Shown: positions 54,930-63,155, counted from the stretch's first letter. The stretch is 64,000 bases of DNA from an uncultured Planctomycetaceae bacterium (GCA_963813715.1 CAWFAK010000005.1:384001-448000); one strand, 5' to 3'. The notes: generated from the letters alone by a model not told the origin. Numbers and translations: made by a program.

Positions 54930-56222
54930 CTATTCGTCCGTCGCGGCGTGTTGTGATTTGATCCACTTCTTGTAGTCGTCGGACTTCACGAACTCGGCGT
55001 ACGCAGGAACGGTGGTCAGGTCTTTGAATTTCATCTTGAATTTCGACTCGAGCGTCGAGAGCAGCTCGGCCGTTTTGGCGAATTTCCGCTCTTTGAGGGC
55101 CTGGCCGAGCAGAGAGAAGTAGGCGACCCTCAGCGTCGGCTCCGCGGCGATGGCGGCTTCGGTTGTTTTCCAGGCTTCATCGGACTTGCCTTGGGACAAC
55201 AGCAGGTTGGCCCGCAGCACATTCAGATACGGGTCGCCCCCCACGGCCTTGTCGACGTGATCGACGCCCAACTGGGCCTGACTGTAGGCCTTTCGCATCG
55301 CGAAGGCGTCGAGGGCGATCAGGTCGATCGACGCATCCTTCGGATAGAACTTCCGATAGTCGTCGATCGCCTGCAGGTATTCCTCGTTGCTGATCGATTG
55401 GGCCGAACCGAGCCGAATGGCCAGGATCGTTTTCATCTTCTTCAGCGATTCGGGCAGGCGCTTGTAGGTTTCGAGCACCTGCCGATGCTCTTTCTCGTGG
55501 AACGAGTCGACCATCGCGGTGAACTCGGAGAAATTGGCGAGGAAGTCCCGCTCGGCAGGTGAGAGCTGGCCCAGCCCTCCTTTCACCCAGTTGCGGGCGA
55601 AGGGCAGGAACGATTCGCGGACGGCCTCCGACAGCGTCTGCCCGGTGAGGAAGACGTAGCAGTCGACGGCCCGTACCAATCCGCCGTCGTCTGAGGCGAG
55701 CACAAAGTCGTGATAGTTGAGGCCCCCCTCCTTGGTGATCATGCGAAACTCGGCCCGCCGCTGGCCGTCGACCAGCCGACTGTGCAGGAACTTGTAGTTG
55801 CCCCCGCGGAGCACGCCCTGGCAAACTTGCCCCGTGAAACCGGTCGCCGAACGCGACGTCGATTTGGCCCCCTTGACGAAGTCGCCCCGTTGCTTGTTCA
55901 GCTCGGGCGGTGCGTTGGGGTAGGCGGTCGCCTTGTCGAGCAGCGCGTCCCAGTCGATCAATTCGTTGCAGGCGCTTAAGTCTCCCTTTCGCACGGCTTT
56001 CTCGAACAGAGCCGCCCACTGCCGGCCCTCCTCTTCGGTCGGCGCGGCCGGCTTAGTGGCGGCAGCCTTCGCCGATGGCGGCGCGGTGTTGTCTGCTCGC
56101 GCCGATGGCGGCGCGGTGTCGGCAGCCCGCGCGCAGGCGGCCATCGGCATCAGCGAAAAGACAACGAACGCAGCTGCGGCAAGACAAGCAGTCAAGCAAA
56201 CACCACGCGAAATCCGGCGCAT
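54930..56222 (-). CDS. Secreted TPR-containing hypothetical protein
   Basis: Signal peptide; duplicated TAPPSA; GGLNYHDF; VGGDPYL and TPR-like C-terminus. Confidence 0.75.
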   Translation of the reverse strand: MRRISRGVCLTACLAAAAFVVFSLMPMAACARAADTAPPSARADNTAPPSAKAAATKPAAPTEEEGRQWAALFEKAVRKGDLSACNELIDWDALLDKATAYPNAPPELNKQRGDFVKGAKSTSRSATGFTGQVCQGVLRGGNYKFLHSRLVDGQRRAEFRMITKEGGLNYHDFVLASDDGGLVRAVDCYVFLTGQTLSEAVRESFLPFARNWVKGGLGQLSPAERDFLANFSEFTAMVDSFHEKEHRQVLETYKRLPESLKKMKTILAIRLGSAQSISNEEYLQAIDDYRKFYPKDASIDLIALDAFAMRKAYSQAQLGVDHVDKAVGGDPYLNVLRANLLLSQGKSDEAWKTTEAAIAAEPTLRVAYFSLLGQALKERKFAKTAELLSTLESKFKMKFKDLTTVPAYAEFVKSDDYKKWIKSQHAATDE

Positions 56223-56428
56223 GAGTCCTGTTCCCCTGAGATGGCATCCCTCGGACGAAGCTCGAAGAGCCAACGATCTTACCGCCGCATCGCGACGGTT
56301 GCGACCAGATTTATCCTGCGAATTTGAGCACGCTAGGCGACGAAAGCAGCGTGCCGGTCAAATTATGTCGGCCAGGGTCCCGAGCGAGTCTTTACGCGCC
56401 GACGCCGACCCGGTGCTACAATGCGGAC

Positions 56429-56737
56429 GTGAAGGACGTGGCGACGCGAATCGTGGAGTCACCCATGGACAATGCAAAACTTGTCGAACTCTGTCGGGTG
56501 AAAGACGGCATTGAAGCTGCCTTGATTCGGGCGGCGCTCGAGGATGCGGGCATCCGCGTTCGTGTCGAGGGCGACATGCTCCAGGGAGCCATGGGGGGCC
56601 GCCTGCGGATGGGATGGACGACCTTGCCCCGCATCATCGTGTTCGACAGTGACGCGGAACGGGCTCTCGCCATCCTCAATCAACTCCCCGGCAAAGCTCA
56701 CGACCCAGGCGCCGCGTGTGAAGCTCCTGAACAGTAG
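56429..56737 (+). CDS. DUF2007 / putative signal-transducing protein (start 56429 GTG or 56465 ATG)
   Basis: EAALIRAALEDAGI...IIVFDSDAERA; TACAAT 6 nt before an in-frame GTG. Confidence 0.8.
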   Translation: MKDVATRIVESPMDNAKLVELCRVKDGIEAALIRAALEDAGIRVRVEGDMLQGAMGGRLRMGWTTLPRIIVFDSDAERALAILNQLPGKAHDPGAACEAPEQ

Positions 56738-56857
56738 CGTCGCAACCACGAAGCCAATCCTGGTCCTGGTGCTCATTTCCTGAATCTTAAGACTTCGGCG
56801 AATCGTGTACGAATTTCAACGACAGAGGCCCGAGACCTGCCAGCCTACAATCTCGGG

Positions 56858-57061
56858 ATGGGATTCGTCGTCAAGGTAGACTTCGCGACCGGGGATCGAC
56901 GGTGGCTCACCAGCCCGCGCCGGGGCGGTGTCCCCGCGTTTGGCCCCCGCGAGATCGCGCAGGTCTTCCGGACGGAGAGCGAATCGCAGGCCGCAATTGA
57001 CACCGTGCGGCAAAGCAGCCCGGGTGACGGCGTCACGTTCCGGGTCGAAGCGGCCGAGTGA
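56858..57061 (+). CDS. Small hypothetical protein, probably leaderless
   Basis: 67-aa ORF; TACAAT 7 nt before the ATG. Confidence 0.6.
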   Translation: MGFVVKVDFATGDRRWLTSPRRGGVPAFGPREIAQVFRTESESQAAIDTVRQSSPGDGVTFRVEAAE

Positions 57062-57086
57062 GCGGCTGCAGCGGGACTCATTGAAG

Positions 57087-57263
57087 ATGAGGCGACGACC
57101 CGTCCTCGAATGGACGCTCCTGGGGGCAATCCTCGGATCGGGCCTCGCCTTCGGCGATCGGTTCGACTGGATCGGGCTGTTCGTCGGAGTTGCTCTCGGG
57201 GGCACGATCGGCGCGATCATTGGCGTCTCGGCCGGTTTGCTCAGAAGACGCGGCGGTGCATGA
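57087..57263 (+). CDS. Small Gly-zipper membrane protein
   Basis: GAILG, GLFVGVALGGTIGAIIG. Confidence 0.55.
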   Translation: MRRRPVLEWTLLGAILGSGLAFGDRFDWIGLFVGVALGGTIGAIIGVSAGLLRRRGGA

Positions 57264-57379
57264 ACGGATGGGGTCGCATCGCGATTGTATTCAGTACCCC
57301 GCTGCTCAAATTCGGGCGTTACTCAAGATCGGGGTTGTGCCCGTGTTGAATCACGGTTGTGAACGTTGGGCGCCGGAGG

Positions 57380-57646
57380 TCAGCGAGTTTCGATCGCCTG
57401 CCGCAGTCGCCATCGCCGACACGCGATCCAAATCGCGACCGAAACAACTGCCCAACAACAAAAGACCAGCACAGCCGTGCGTAGGCCCCAGTAAGCAGCG
57501 GCGACGCAAACGCCGCCCGCGCCGATTTCTCCGACAAGAGCGCCCAAGGACCATGCCGGCTTGCGTTTCTTGGTGCTCAGGCTGACAACCGCAACGGGTT
57601 GCTGTCCGGTTTCGATTGGATCGAGTTTCTTCGGTTCGTCGCTCAT
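57380..57646 (-). CDS. Small membrane protein (array unit A, MSDEPK...)
   Basis: 88 aa, 2 TM; degenerate shared head GTGACG-ATGAGCGACGAACCG. Confidence 0.6.
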   Translation of the reverse strand: MSDEPKKLDPIETGQQPVAVVSLSTKKRKPAWSLGALVGEIGAGGVCVAAAYWGLRTAVLVFCCWAVVSVAIWIACRRWRLRQAIETR

Positions 57647-57674
57647 CGTCACATTTCGCGATTGGTAACAGGAC

Positions 57675-57782
57675 CTAGCGTATCGCCGCCCTGAAGGCGA
57701 CGAGCAAAAGCGCGCCAACTAGGGACACGATGATGACGACGATGAGGGTAAGAAAAACCAAGCGGCCCGGCTTGTCGCTCAT
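57675..57782 (-). CDS. 35-aa single-TM peptide (unit B, MSDKPGRLVFLTLIVVIIVSLVGALLLVAFRAAIR)
   Basis: Own translation; head GAGAATAACGGC-ATGAGCGAC. Confidence 0.6.
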   Translation of the reverse strand: MSDKPGRLVFLTLIVVIIVSLVGALLLVAFRAAIR

Positions 57783-57786
57783 GCCG

Positions 57787-57969
57787 TTATTCTCGCCTCA
57801 GTCGCTTTCGCGCAGCGGCGATAGCGCGCACAAACTCCGCACGATCTTGCCCCGTCTTAATCCGCTCAGCCTCTTCGCGGCTCAAGTGACGTCCTGGTCC
57901 GCATCGTGCCCGGATGCGATCAATTTCGTCCGGTTCAGACTGGTCGTTTTTGGAGGATTCGTCGCTCAT
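57787..57969 (-). CDS. 60-aa soluble protein (unit C, MSDESSKND...)
   Basis: Head CAAGGTGACGGC-ATGAGCGACGAA; its stop lies inside the head of unit B. Confidence 0.55.
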   Translation of the reverse strand: MSDESSKNDQSEPDEIDRIRARCGPGRHLSREEAERIKTGQDRAEFVRAIAAARKRLRRE

Positions 57970-58009
57970 GCCGTCACCTTGGCGTTGGCTCGAGAGTTCA
58001 GTGAGACGG

Positions 58010-58219
58010 TCACGACTTGGGCGACCGAAGCCTGAGCAGCAAAAGAAGCAAGAGTCCAGTCGTGCTGGCGATGGCGTAGACCTTCGACAGAACCAGAATG
58101 AAGTTCCGCGGAGCCGACGTCCCCTCAAGTGCGCCGGAGAGCACAATCAGCCAGGCGATTAGCGACGTGATCAGCGTGATGATCAGGATGGTCCACGGTT
58201 GCTTTGGCCGTTCGCTCAT
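58010..58219 (-). CDS. 69-aa 2-TM protein (unit D, MSERPKQPW...)
   Basis: Head GCCGCTAAGAGTGACAGC-ATGAGCGA. Confidence 0.65.
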   Translation of the reverse strand: MSERPKQPWTILIITLITSLIAWLIVLSGALEGTSAPRNFILVLSKVYAIASTTGLLLLLLLRLRSPKS

Positions 58220-58237
58220 GCTGTCACTCTTAGCGGC

Positions 58238-58540
58238 TTACGTGGCCGGGTGCCGCCGGGCGAACCGATTGATGCCCAGGCCGGCGCAGTATCGTACACA
58301 AACTGGAATTCCGACGATTCCGAGAAACACGAACGCCAGCAGAAGAAATGGCACCAGCGCCAGAAGCATACGGCTCGCGACCAGCGGATGCTCCCGTGCC
58401 CATTTCGGAGGGCAAGGTGGGCCGTATCGCTCCGGCCTTCGTGCGGTCGGAAAATAGCGATCACGATGGATCAACAAGACTGCCGCGATCCAGGTGGGGG
58501 CGACGATAGTTGCGACCACGATAGCCACTGTTTCGACCAT
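58238..58540 (-). CDS. 100-aa 2-TM protein (unit E, MVETVAIV...)
   Basis: Head CCGCCGCTAGAATGACGGC-ATG. Confidence 0.65.
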   Translation of the reverse strand: MVETVAIVVATIVAPTWIAAVLLIHRDRYFPTARRPERYGPPCPPKWAREHPLVASRMLLALVPFLLLAFVFLGIVGIPVCVRYCAGLGINRFARRHPAT

Positions 58541-58569
58541 GCCGTCATTCTAGCGGCGGATTCGGCGCA

Positions 58570-58618
58570 AAGAAAAAGCCGCCAGTTAGCGGGTTTGAAC
58601 TCGGCTCTAACGTGGTGG
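58570..58618 (-). terminator. Probable terminator after the SnoaL gene
   Basis: Minus strand CCACCACGTTAG...CTAACTGGCGG followed by CTTTTTCTTT. Confidence 0.45.
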
Positions 58619-58668
58619 GATCGTTTCAGGATATTTCTGCCTGGTATGGCCCTTCAGACAAAAACTGC

Positions 58669-59034
58669 TCACGGTAGCTTGTCGAAAAAGAGATAAAGGG
58701 CAGCAATCCGGCCGTCCCGGGCAATGATGAAATCGGTCCCGGCGTATTCGGGTGCCTCGCCAGGGCGGCCCGAGACCCATTTGATCCGCCCGCCATCGCC
58801 CAATTCCTCTGGCGCGGCAATTGGCTGGTAGCGAAACTCGGGGTGAGTCGCCTTGATCGCGCCTGCGATGCGATCGATCTCATCGCGGCCACGGTAGACG
58901 CCTTTGTTGGGATCGTAGAACACGCAATCTTCGGTATAGAGCTCGCCGAGTGCTGCGCGACGCCGCGCGGGGTCGTTTTCACCGAAGACGTCGCTGAGAT
59001 TGCGCGTCAGCAAAGTCGAGATGCTGTTGGACAT
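58669..59034 (-). CDS. SnoaL-like / NTF2 family protein
   Basis: RNLSDVFGENDPARRRAA..LYTEDCVFYDP, GRDEI, GTDFIIARDGRIAALY; GGGGAG RBS. Confidence 0.9.
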   Translation of the reverse strand: MSNSISTLLTRNLSDVFGENDPARRRAALGELYTEDCVFYDPNKGVYRGRDEIDRIAGAIKATHPEFRYQPIAAPEELGDGGRIKWVSGRPGEAPEYAGTDFIIARDGRIAALYLFFDKLP

Positions 59035-59096
59035 CGCTTATCTCCCCTCGGCAATACGTCTCGCAATCAGCGTGGCGAAAAATCAACCGATGGCCA

Positions 59097-59375
59097 TCAG
59101 GGCGACGAAATGATCCAGCCGCCACTGTGCCACGCATCTGGCGGGCCGAATCGGCCGCGGTACCAATGCAAGGCTCGGCCGGCCGGTCCGCCAGCCCGCT
59201 GGATCGTAATCATCGGACGATAGGCGACGAGAAACGTCCCAGGGGAAATCCAACCACGCCAGCACAGCCCCCATGCGGGGCCGAACGACGCGGCATAGAG
59301 CGCCGCCGACAGACCCACGCTCCATCCGGCTCGGACGATCCAGCGATACAAGGATGGTTTCGGTTCGTCGCTCAT
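59097..59375 (-). CDS. Small membrane protein (unit F, MSDEPKP...LYAASFGPAW)
   Basis: TM then Y..SFGP...YRP motif; head ATGGTGGCA-ATGAGCGACGAACCG. Confidence 0.65.
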   Translation of the reverse strand: MSDEPKPSLYRWIVRAGWSVGLSAALYAASFGPAWGLCWRGWISPGTFLVAYRPMITIQRAGGPAGRALHWYRGRFGPPDAWHSGGWIISSP

Positions 59376-59399
59376 TGCCACCATGAGTTGCGCGGAAGT

Positions 59400-59525
59400 T
59401 CACGGGTACATGGTAAGCCAAAAGACGATGGCGAAGATTGCGAACGCCGCGACCCCGACAACGTGCCAGCGCGCGATCCGCTCTGATAGCTGGTCAAGCT
59501 TCTGCTCGCGAAGATCGTCGCTCAT
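59400..59525 (-). CDS. 41-aa single-TM peptide (unit G, MSDDLREQKLDQLSERIARWHVVGVAAFAIFAIVFWLTMYP)
   Basis: Own translation; head CCGCCGCTAGAATGACGGC-ATGAGCGACGA. Confidence 0.65.
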   Translation of the reverse strand: MSDDLREQKLDQLSERIARWHVVGVAAFAIFAIVFWLTMYP

Positions 59526-59574
59526 GCCGTCATTCTAGCGGCGGTTTCGCGCGGCAGTGCCCGCCGAGTCGAAT

Positions 59575-59967
59575 CCGGTCCAACGTCCCGTCGGTCTCGT
59601 GTCCCGTCCCCACCGATCCCGTCCCGACCGCGGCCCCACCCCGCTTTAGCGTCCCGATCCCCGCCCATCCCGTTTCGTGCAATTCACTCCCGTCCCGCGG
59701 CCCTCCCCGACGACCTCTGACGGGTCGGTGCAATCGCCAAATTGGCCGGGATTTTCTCGGTGAAACAATGTTGTCCCGTCCCGGTGTTGGTCCAAGGTCC
59801 CGCGGTCCAAAGTCAGGATTGCGAGCCTCTGAATTCTCGACCTTGGACTCGATCGAAGGCGTCCCGTCCCATTCTTTCCCCCTCGCCCGTCCCCTTCGGA
59901 TGGGAGAGGGTCGGGGTGAGGGCGGATTTCTCCGGGCGTTTCCCGATAAAACAACGTGTCCCGTCCC
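59575..59967. repeat. TCCCGTCCC repeat patch (left of IS)
   Basis: At least 6 TCCCGTCCC cores; long unit TTTCTCGGTGAAACAA(C/T)G(T)TGTCCCGTCCC near 59752 and a variant near 59939; CCCTCGCCC..GGGAGAGGG..GGGGTGAGGG hairpin at 59880-59922. Confidence 0.75.
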
Positions 59968-61479
59968 GAATGGCACTAACTCAAGCCGGAAGGAGTTGGC
60001 AGTTGGAAGTTTATGTCGGGTGAGGAGCGTGACGGAATGCGTCTCTGAGGAATCCCGGCCTCCTGCGAGAATGAGGTTGCTAAACGACCCATTTCCACAG
60101 GAGGCCAAGGATGGCGCCATTTATCGAGTCTGTTTTGGAGCAGGTCAAGGGGGATGTGACCGAGGCGCTTTCGCCCGAGCGGATCGAGCAGATCTGTCGC
60201 GAACTCAATCACGTGTGGCGCGACTGCACACTCAATCCGATCACCACCGTCTATGCGTTCCTGCGGCAGGTCTTGGCGGGCAACATCGCCTGTGATCACG
60301 TGCCCCATCTCCTGGATCTGGATGTCACCGGCGAGGCCTACTGCAAGGCCCGCGCGCGATTGCCGCTGGAACTCTTCCAACGGCTGATGGAGGGGGTGGC
60401 GCGTGCTGTTGGTGCGCAAGTGCCTAACTGCTGGCGAGGTCATCGTCTTTGGCACGTGGATGGTTCTGCCTGTTCGATGCCCGACACACCCTCGCTGCAG
60501 GAGGCCTTCGGGCAATCGGGGGCTCAGCGGCCCGGCTGTGGATTTCCGGTGGCCCGTCTCCTGACACTGTTTGATGCCAGCACTGGCTTTCTCTTGCGGG
60601 TGCTGCCAGCTCCTTTGCGGTCGCATGACCTGTCGCGGGTTCAGCGCGTGCACGAGGCCTTTCAGCCGAACGACGTGGTCGTCGGCGATCGGGGATTCTG
60701 CTCCTACGCACATCTGGCACTGCTCAATTTAGCCGGCGTTTTTGCTGTGTTTCGCATCCATCAAGCGACGATCGTCAACTTCCAAAAAAGGCGGCCTTAC
60801 TCGCCGCAGAAGCGTGCGAAGAATGTCCCACGCGTGAAGGGACAACCGACGTCCCGCTGGGTCCAGTCGCTGGGCCGACACGATCAAATCGTCGAGGCGT
60901 TCAAACCGACCCAACGGCCATCGTGGATCACCCCGGAAGACTTCGCGCGGCTGCCCGAATCCCTGCTCCTACGGGAGCTGCGCTATCGCATCACTCAACG
61001 GGGGTTTCGAGTCCGCCAGGTGACCCTCGTGACGACGCTCTTGGATCAACGACGTTACCCGGCCGTCGAACTGGCCAACCTCTATCTGAATCGCTGGCAG
61101 ATCGAGACGAATCTCAGGCATCTGAAACAAACGCTCCGCATGGACGTGCTGCGCACCAAGACAGTCGACGGGATTCACAAAGAGCTGGCCATGTTCGCCA
61201 TCGTTTACAATCTGGTGCGCTGCGTGATGCTGCGTTCGGCAAAACGCCAGCGCGTGCCGGTGACTCGGACCAGCTTCATCGACGCCCAACGACGACTCTG
61301 CCATGCCCCGCTCAACGCGGCCCCCAGAAATCTGATCGTTGTTCCCCACCGCCCAGGTCGTTGCGAGCCACGCGCCTCTAAGCGACGACCAAAACAATAC
61401 GATCTCATGAACAAACCACGTCGCCAACTTCAACAAGCCCTGATCCACAAACAAGTAACGCCTTAAGTTAGTGCCATTC
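59968..61479 (+). mobile_element. IS4-family insertion sequence, apparently intact
   Basis: IRs GAATGGCACTAACTCAAG / CTTAAGTTAGTGCCATTC (17/18); 11-bp target duplication TGTCCCGTCCC at 59957-59967 and 61480-61490. Confidence 0.95.
60111..61466 (+). CDS. IS4-family DDE transposase
   Basis: HVDGS, VGDRGF, Y-2-R-3-E-6-K (YLNRWQIETNLRHLK), EPRASKRRPK; AGGAGG RBS. Confidence 0.95.
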   Translation: MAPFIESVLEQVKGDVTEALSPERIEQICRELNHVWRDCTLNPITTVYAFLRQVLAGNIACDHVPHLLDLDVTGEAYCKARARLPLELFQRLMEGVARAVGAQVPNCWRGHRLWHVDGSACSMPDTPSLQEAFGQSGAQRPGCGFPVARLLTLFDASTGFLLRVLPAPLRSHDLSRVQRVHEAFQPNDVVVGDRGFCSYAHLALLNLAGVFAVFRIHQATIVNFQKRRPYSPQKRAKNVPRVKGQPTSRWVQSLGRHDQIVEAFKPTQRPSWITPEDFARLPESLLLRELRYRITQRGFRVRQVTLVTTLLDQRRYPAVELANLYLNRWQIETNLRHLKQTLRMDVLRTKTVDGIHKELAMFAIVYNLVRCVMLRSAKRQRVPVTRTSFIDAQRRLCHAPLNAAPRNLIVVPHRPGRCEPRASKRRPKQYDLMNKPRRQLQQALIHKQVTP

Positions 61480-61830
61480 TGTCCCGTCCCAATGTTCCCG
61501 TCGCTGGGTCAACTGCTTTGCTGGGTCAATTCGCTAGTGAAACGAAGTGTCCCGACCCACCGGCCAATCTCTTTCCGGCTCGACTTCCCGGGCCCGACCC
61601 CGCGCAGTCATCTCCAGTGAGGGGCCGGTTTCTCCGCGGTTTTCTCGGTGAAACAACGTGTCCCGTCCCGGCGTCCGCGTGCCGGCAAGGGGCTCCGAAA
61701 TGTTGCCGGAGCTGCCTTCCCGAGGTCTGTCCTCCCGCCGCAGGCTGCCGGGGATCTTTTCTCCCCTATGTGAAAATGGATCCCCATCACCGCCGGGGAT
61801 CCTTTATTTGTCCCCGGCGGGGATCTTTTC
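61480..61830. repeat. Repeat patch (right of IS)
   Basis: GTGAAACGAAGTGTCCCGACCC (~61547); TTTCTCGGTGAAACAACGTGTCCCGTCCC (61641-61669); three CGGGGATC(C)TTT copies at 61747-61830. Confidence 0.7.
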
Positions 61831-62181
61831 ACCAGCGGTCGAGACTCTGCAGGCCACGGACGCCGCGCAACCGCACCGAGAGAAGCCGAGCACAATCCGC
61901 GCGCAAGCGACCGCTCGCGTGCCAAAGCCGCTATCTCCATTGAGCCACAAAAACCCGATTCGGCCAAGATCAGTTTCGCGAAATTCGGGCTTGGCCGGCC
62001 GCGCGAGTTTGGCCGCTGGTCGCGGACAGGGAGGCGACCCTCTTTGCGCAGACCTTCGTACTGATCCTCAAGCTGGTTGACCTGGGTCTCGAGTTGCTGG
62101 CTCTGCGACTGGATCTCCCGAAGTCGCTCGACCAAGTGGTGTCCGTGTTGAAACACGGTTTTTCGCGATTGGCACGCGGGT

Positions 62182-62295
62182 TCAGGGAATCCCCGGCAAT
62201 TGAATCGCGTACAGCGCCCAGCCGACAAGAGCAATTGCGACGAACAGGACTGTCCACGTAATCCATGCTCGTGGCTTGTGAGTTGCTTCGATCAT
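62182..62295 (-). CDS. TM peptide (unit H, MIEATHKPRAWITWTVLFVAIALVGWALYAIQ...); may continue via a frameshift into a coiled coil to ~61970
   Basis: Head CCGCTACAATGGCGCC-ATG; downstream frame LVERLREIQSQSQQLETQVNQLEDQY. Confidence 0.5.
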   Translation of the reverse strand: MIEATHKPRAWITWTVLFVAIALVGWALYAIQLPGIP

Positions 62296-62408
62296 GGCGC
62301 CATTGTAGCGGGGCGCGTCGATCAGCCGGTTTGCGTCGACCGGAGTGGGCGTTTGAAAAGCGAATCCGAGCGATTGGCACGGGAATTATCGGTCGGCGAT
62401 AATTTGGC

Positions 62409-62717
62409 ATGCTTCGCTTTCGGTCTGTCCGAACGAGATCGCTGCTCTTCGCTCTCGCCACTCTTGTCGTCATTGCGCTCAGCGTCCTACTGGCCTGGGG
62501 ATGGAGCCACTATCAGGACGGTCTGCAGAGCAAGAGGGCGACGGTCGTGGAGATCAACAACCGCATTAAGACGCTTGGGAAAAAGGCGAGCGTCTCGACC
62601 GATCAAGCGCAGCGCCAAAAGTCGCTTGCGGAGGCACACCGCCTGTTAGTGGAGCGGCGAGAATTGGAAAAAGAGCTGCGACCGCTCTTTCAAAGGCTCT
62701 TGGATGCCTTCCGATAG
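62409..62717 (+). CDS. Membrane-anchored coiled-coil protein
   Basis: MLRFRSVRTRSLL + TM + helical region; GATAAT 5 nt before the ATG. Confidence 0.7.
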   Translation: MLRFRSVRTRSLLFALATLVVIALSVLLAWGWSHYQDGLQSKRATVVEINNRIKTLGKKASVSTDQAQRQKSLAEAHRLLVERRELEKELRPLFQRLLDAFR

Positions 62718-62754
62718 TCGCTCACGCCGTCACCTCAGCGATTAGTACGGGAGT

Positions 62755-62934
62755 TCAAAGCAGACAGAGTTCGGCACAGATGATGGCGAACAGAACGGCC
62801 ACGCCAACCCCCAGATTGTGGGTGCCGCATGTCGACGGCCAATCCAGCCCTCTCGAGGCAAGCACGATCAAGGCCGGAGGCGCGGCAAATCGCGCTGCCC
62901 ATTTTAGAGTTGGCGCTCTCGGTTCGTCGCTCAT
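62755..62934 (-). CDS. 59-aa membrane peptide (unit J, MSDEPRAPTLKW...)
   Basis: Own translation; head GTGGAATGACGGC-ATGAGCGACGAACCG. Confidence 0.6.
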   Translation of the reverse strand: MSDEPRAPTLKWAARFAAPPALIVLASRGLDWPSTCGTHNLGVGVAVLFAIICAELCLL

Positions 62935-62949
62935 GCCGTCATTCCACGT

Positions 62950-63155
62950 TCACTCGCGGGCTACCGGTCCGAACCACTGGATCCATGCCAATTGAAGCGC
63001 CACGATCGTGATGTAGATAAAGAGCGGCGCGACAACCAAAGATTTGGAACCATTTCCAGAAGTTTCGCCAGCCTTTGTCCCTCGTCGCGGATGAGCTGGG
63101 CATTCAGGGCGCCCAGAGTCTTCGCATCGTCGGTCGTCGCAAAGCGACTCTGCAT
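62950..63155 (-). pseudogene. Chimeric remnant: GNAT-like N-terminus joined to a membrane-protein C-terminus
   Basis: MQSRFATTDDAKTLGALNAQLIRDEG then unrelated sequence; alternative frame LVVAPLFIYITIVALQLAWIQWFGPVARE*. Confidence 0.4.

Noticed and set aside
59575..61670. CRISPR array
   Set aside because: Repeats are degenerate, spacing is irregular (tens to ~190 bp), and there are no cas genes
57380..63000. Classical integron cassette array
   Set aside because: No RYYYAAC...GTTRRRY attC hairpins between genes and no integrase; the GTTAG...CTAAC pair at 58585-58611 has the wrong order and fits a terminator
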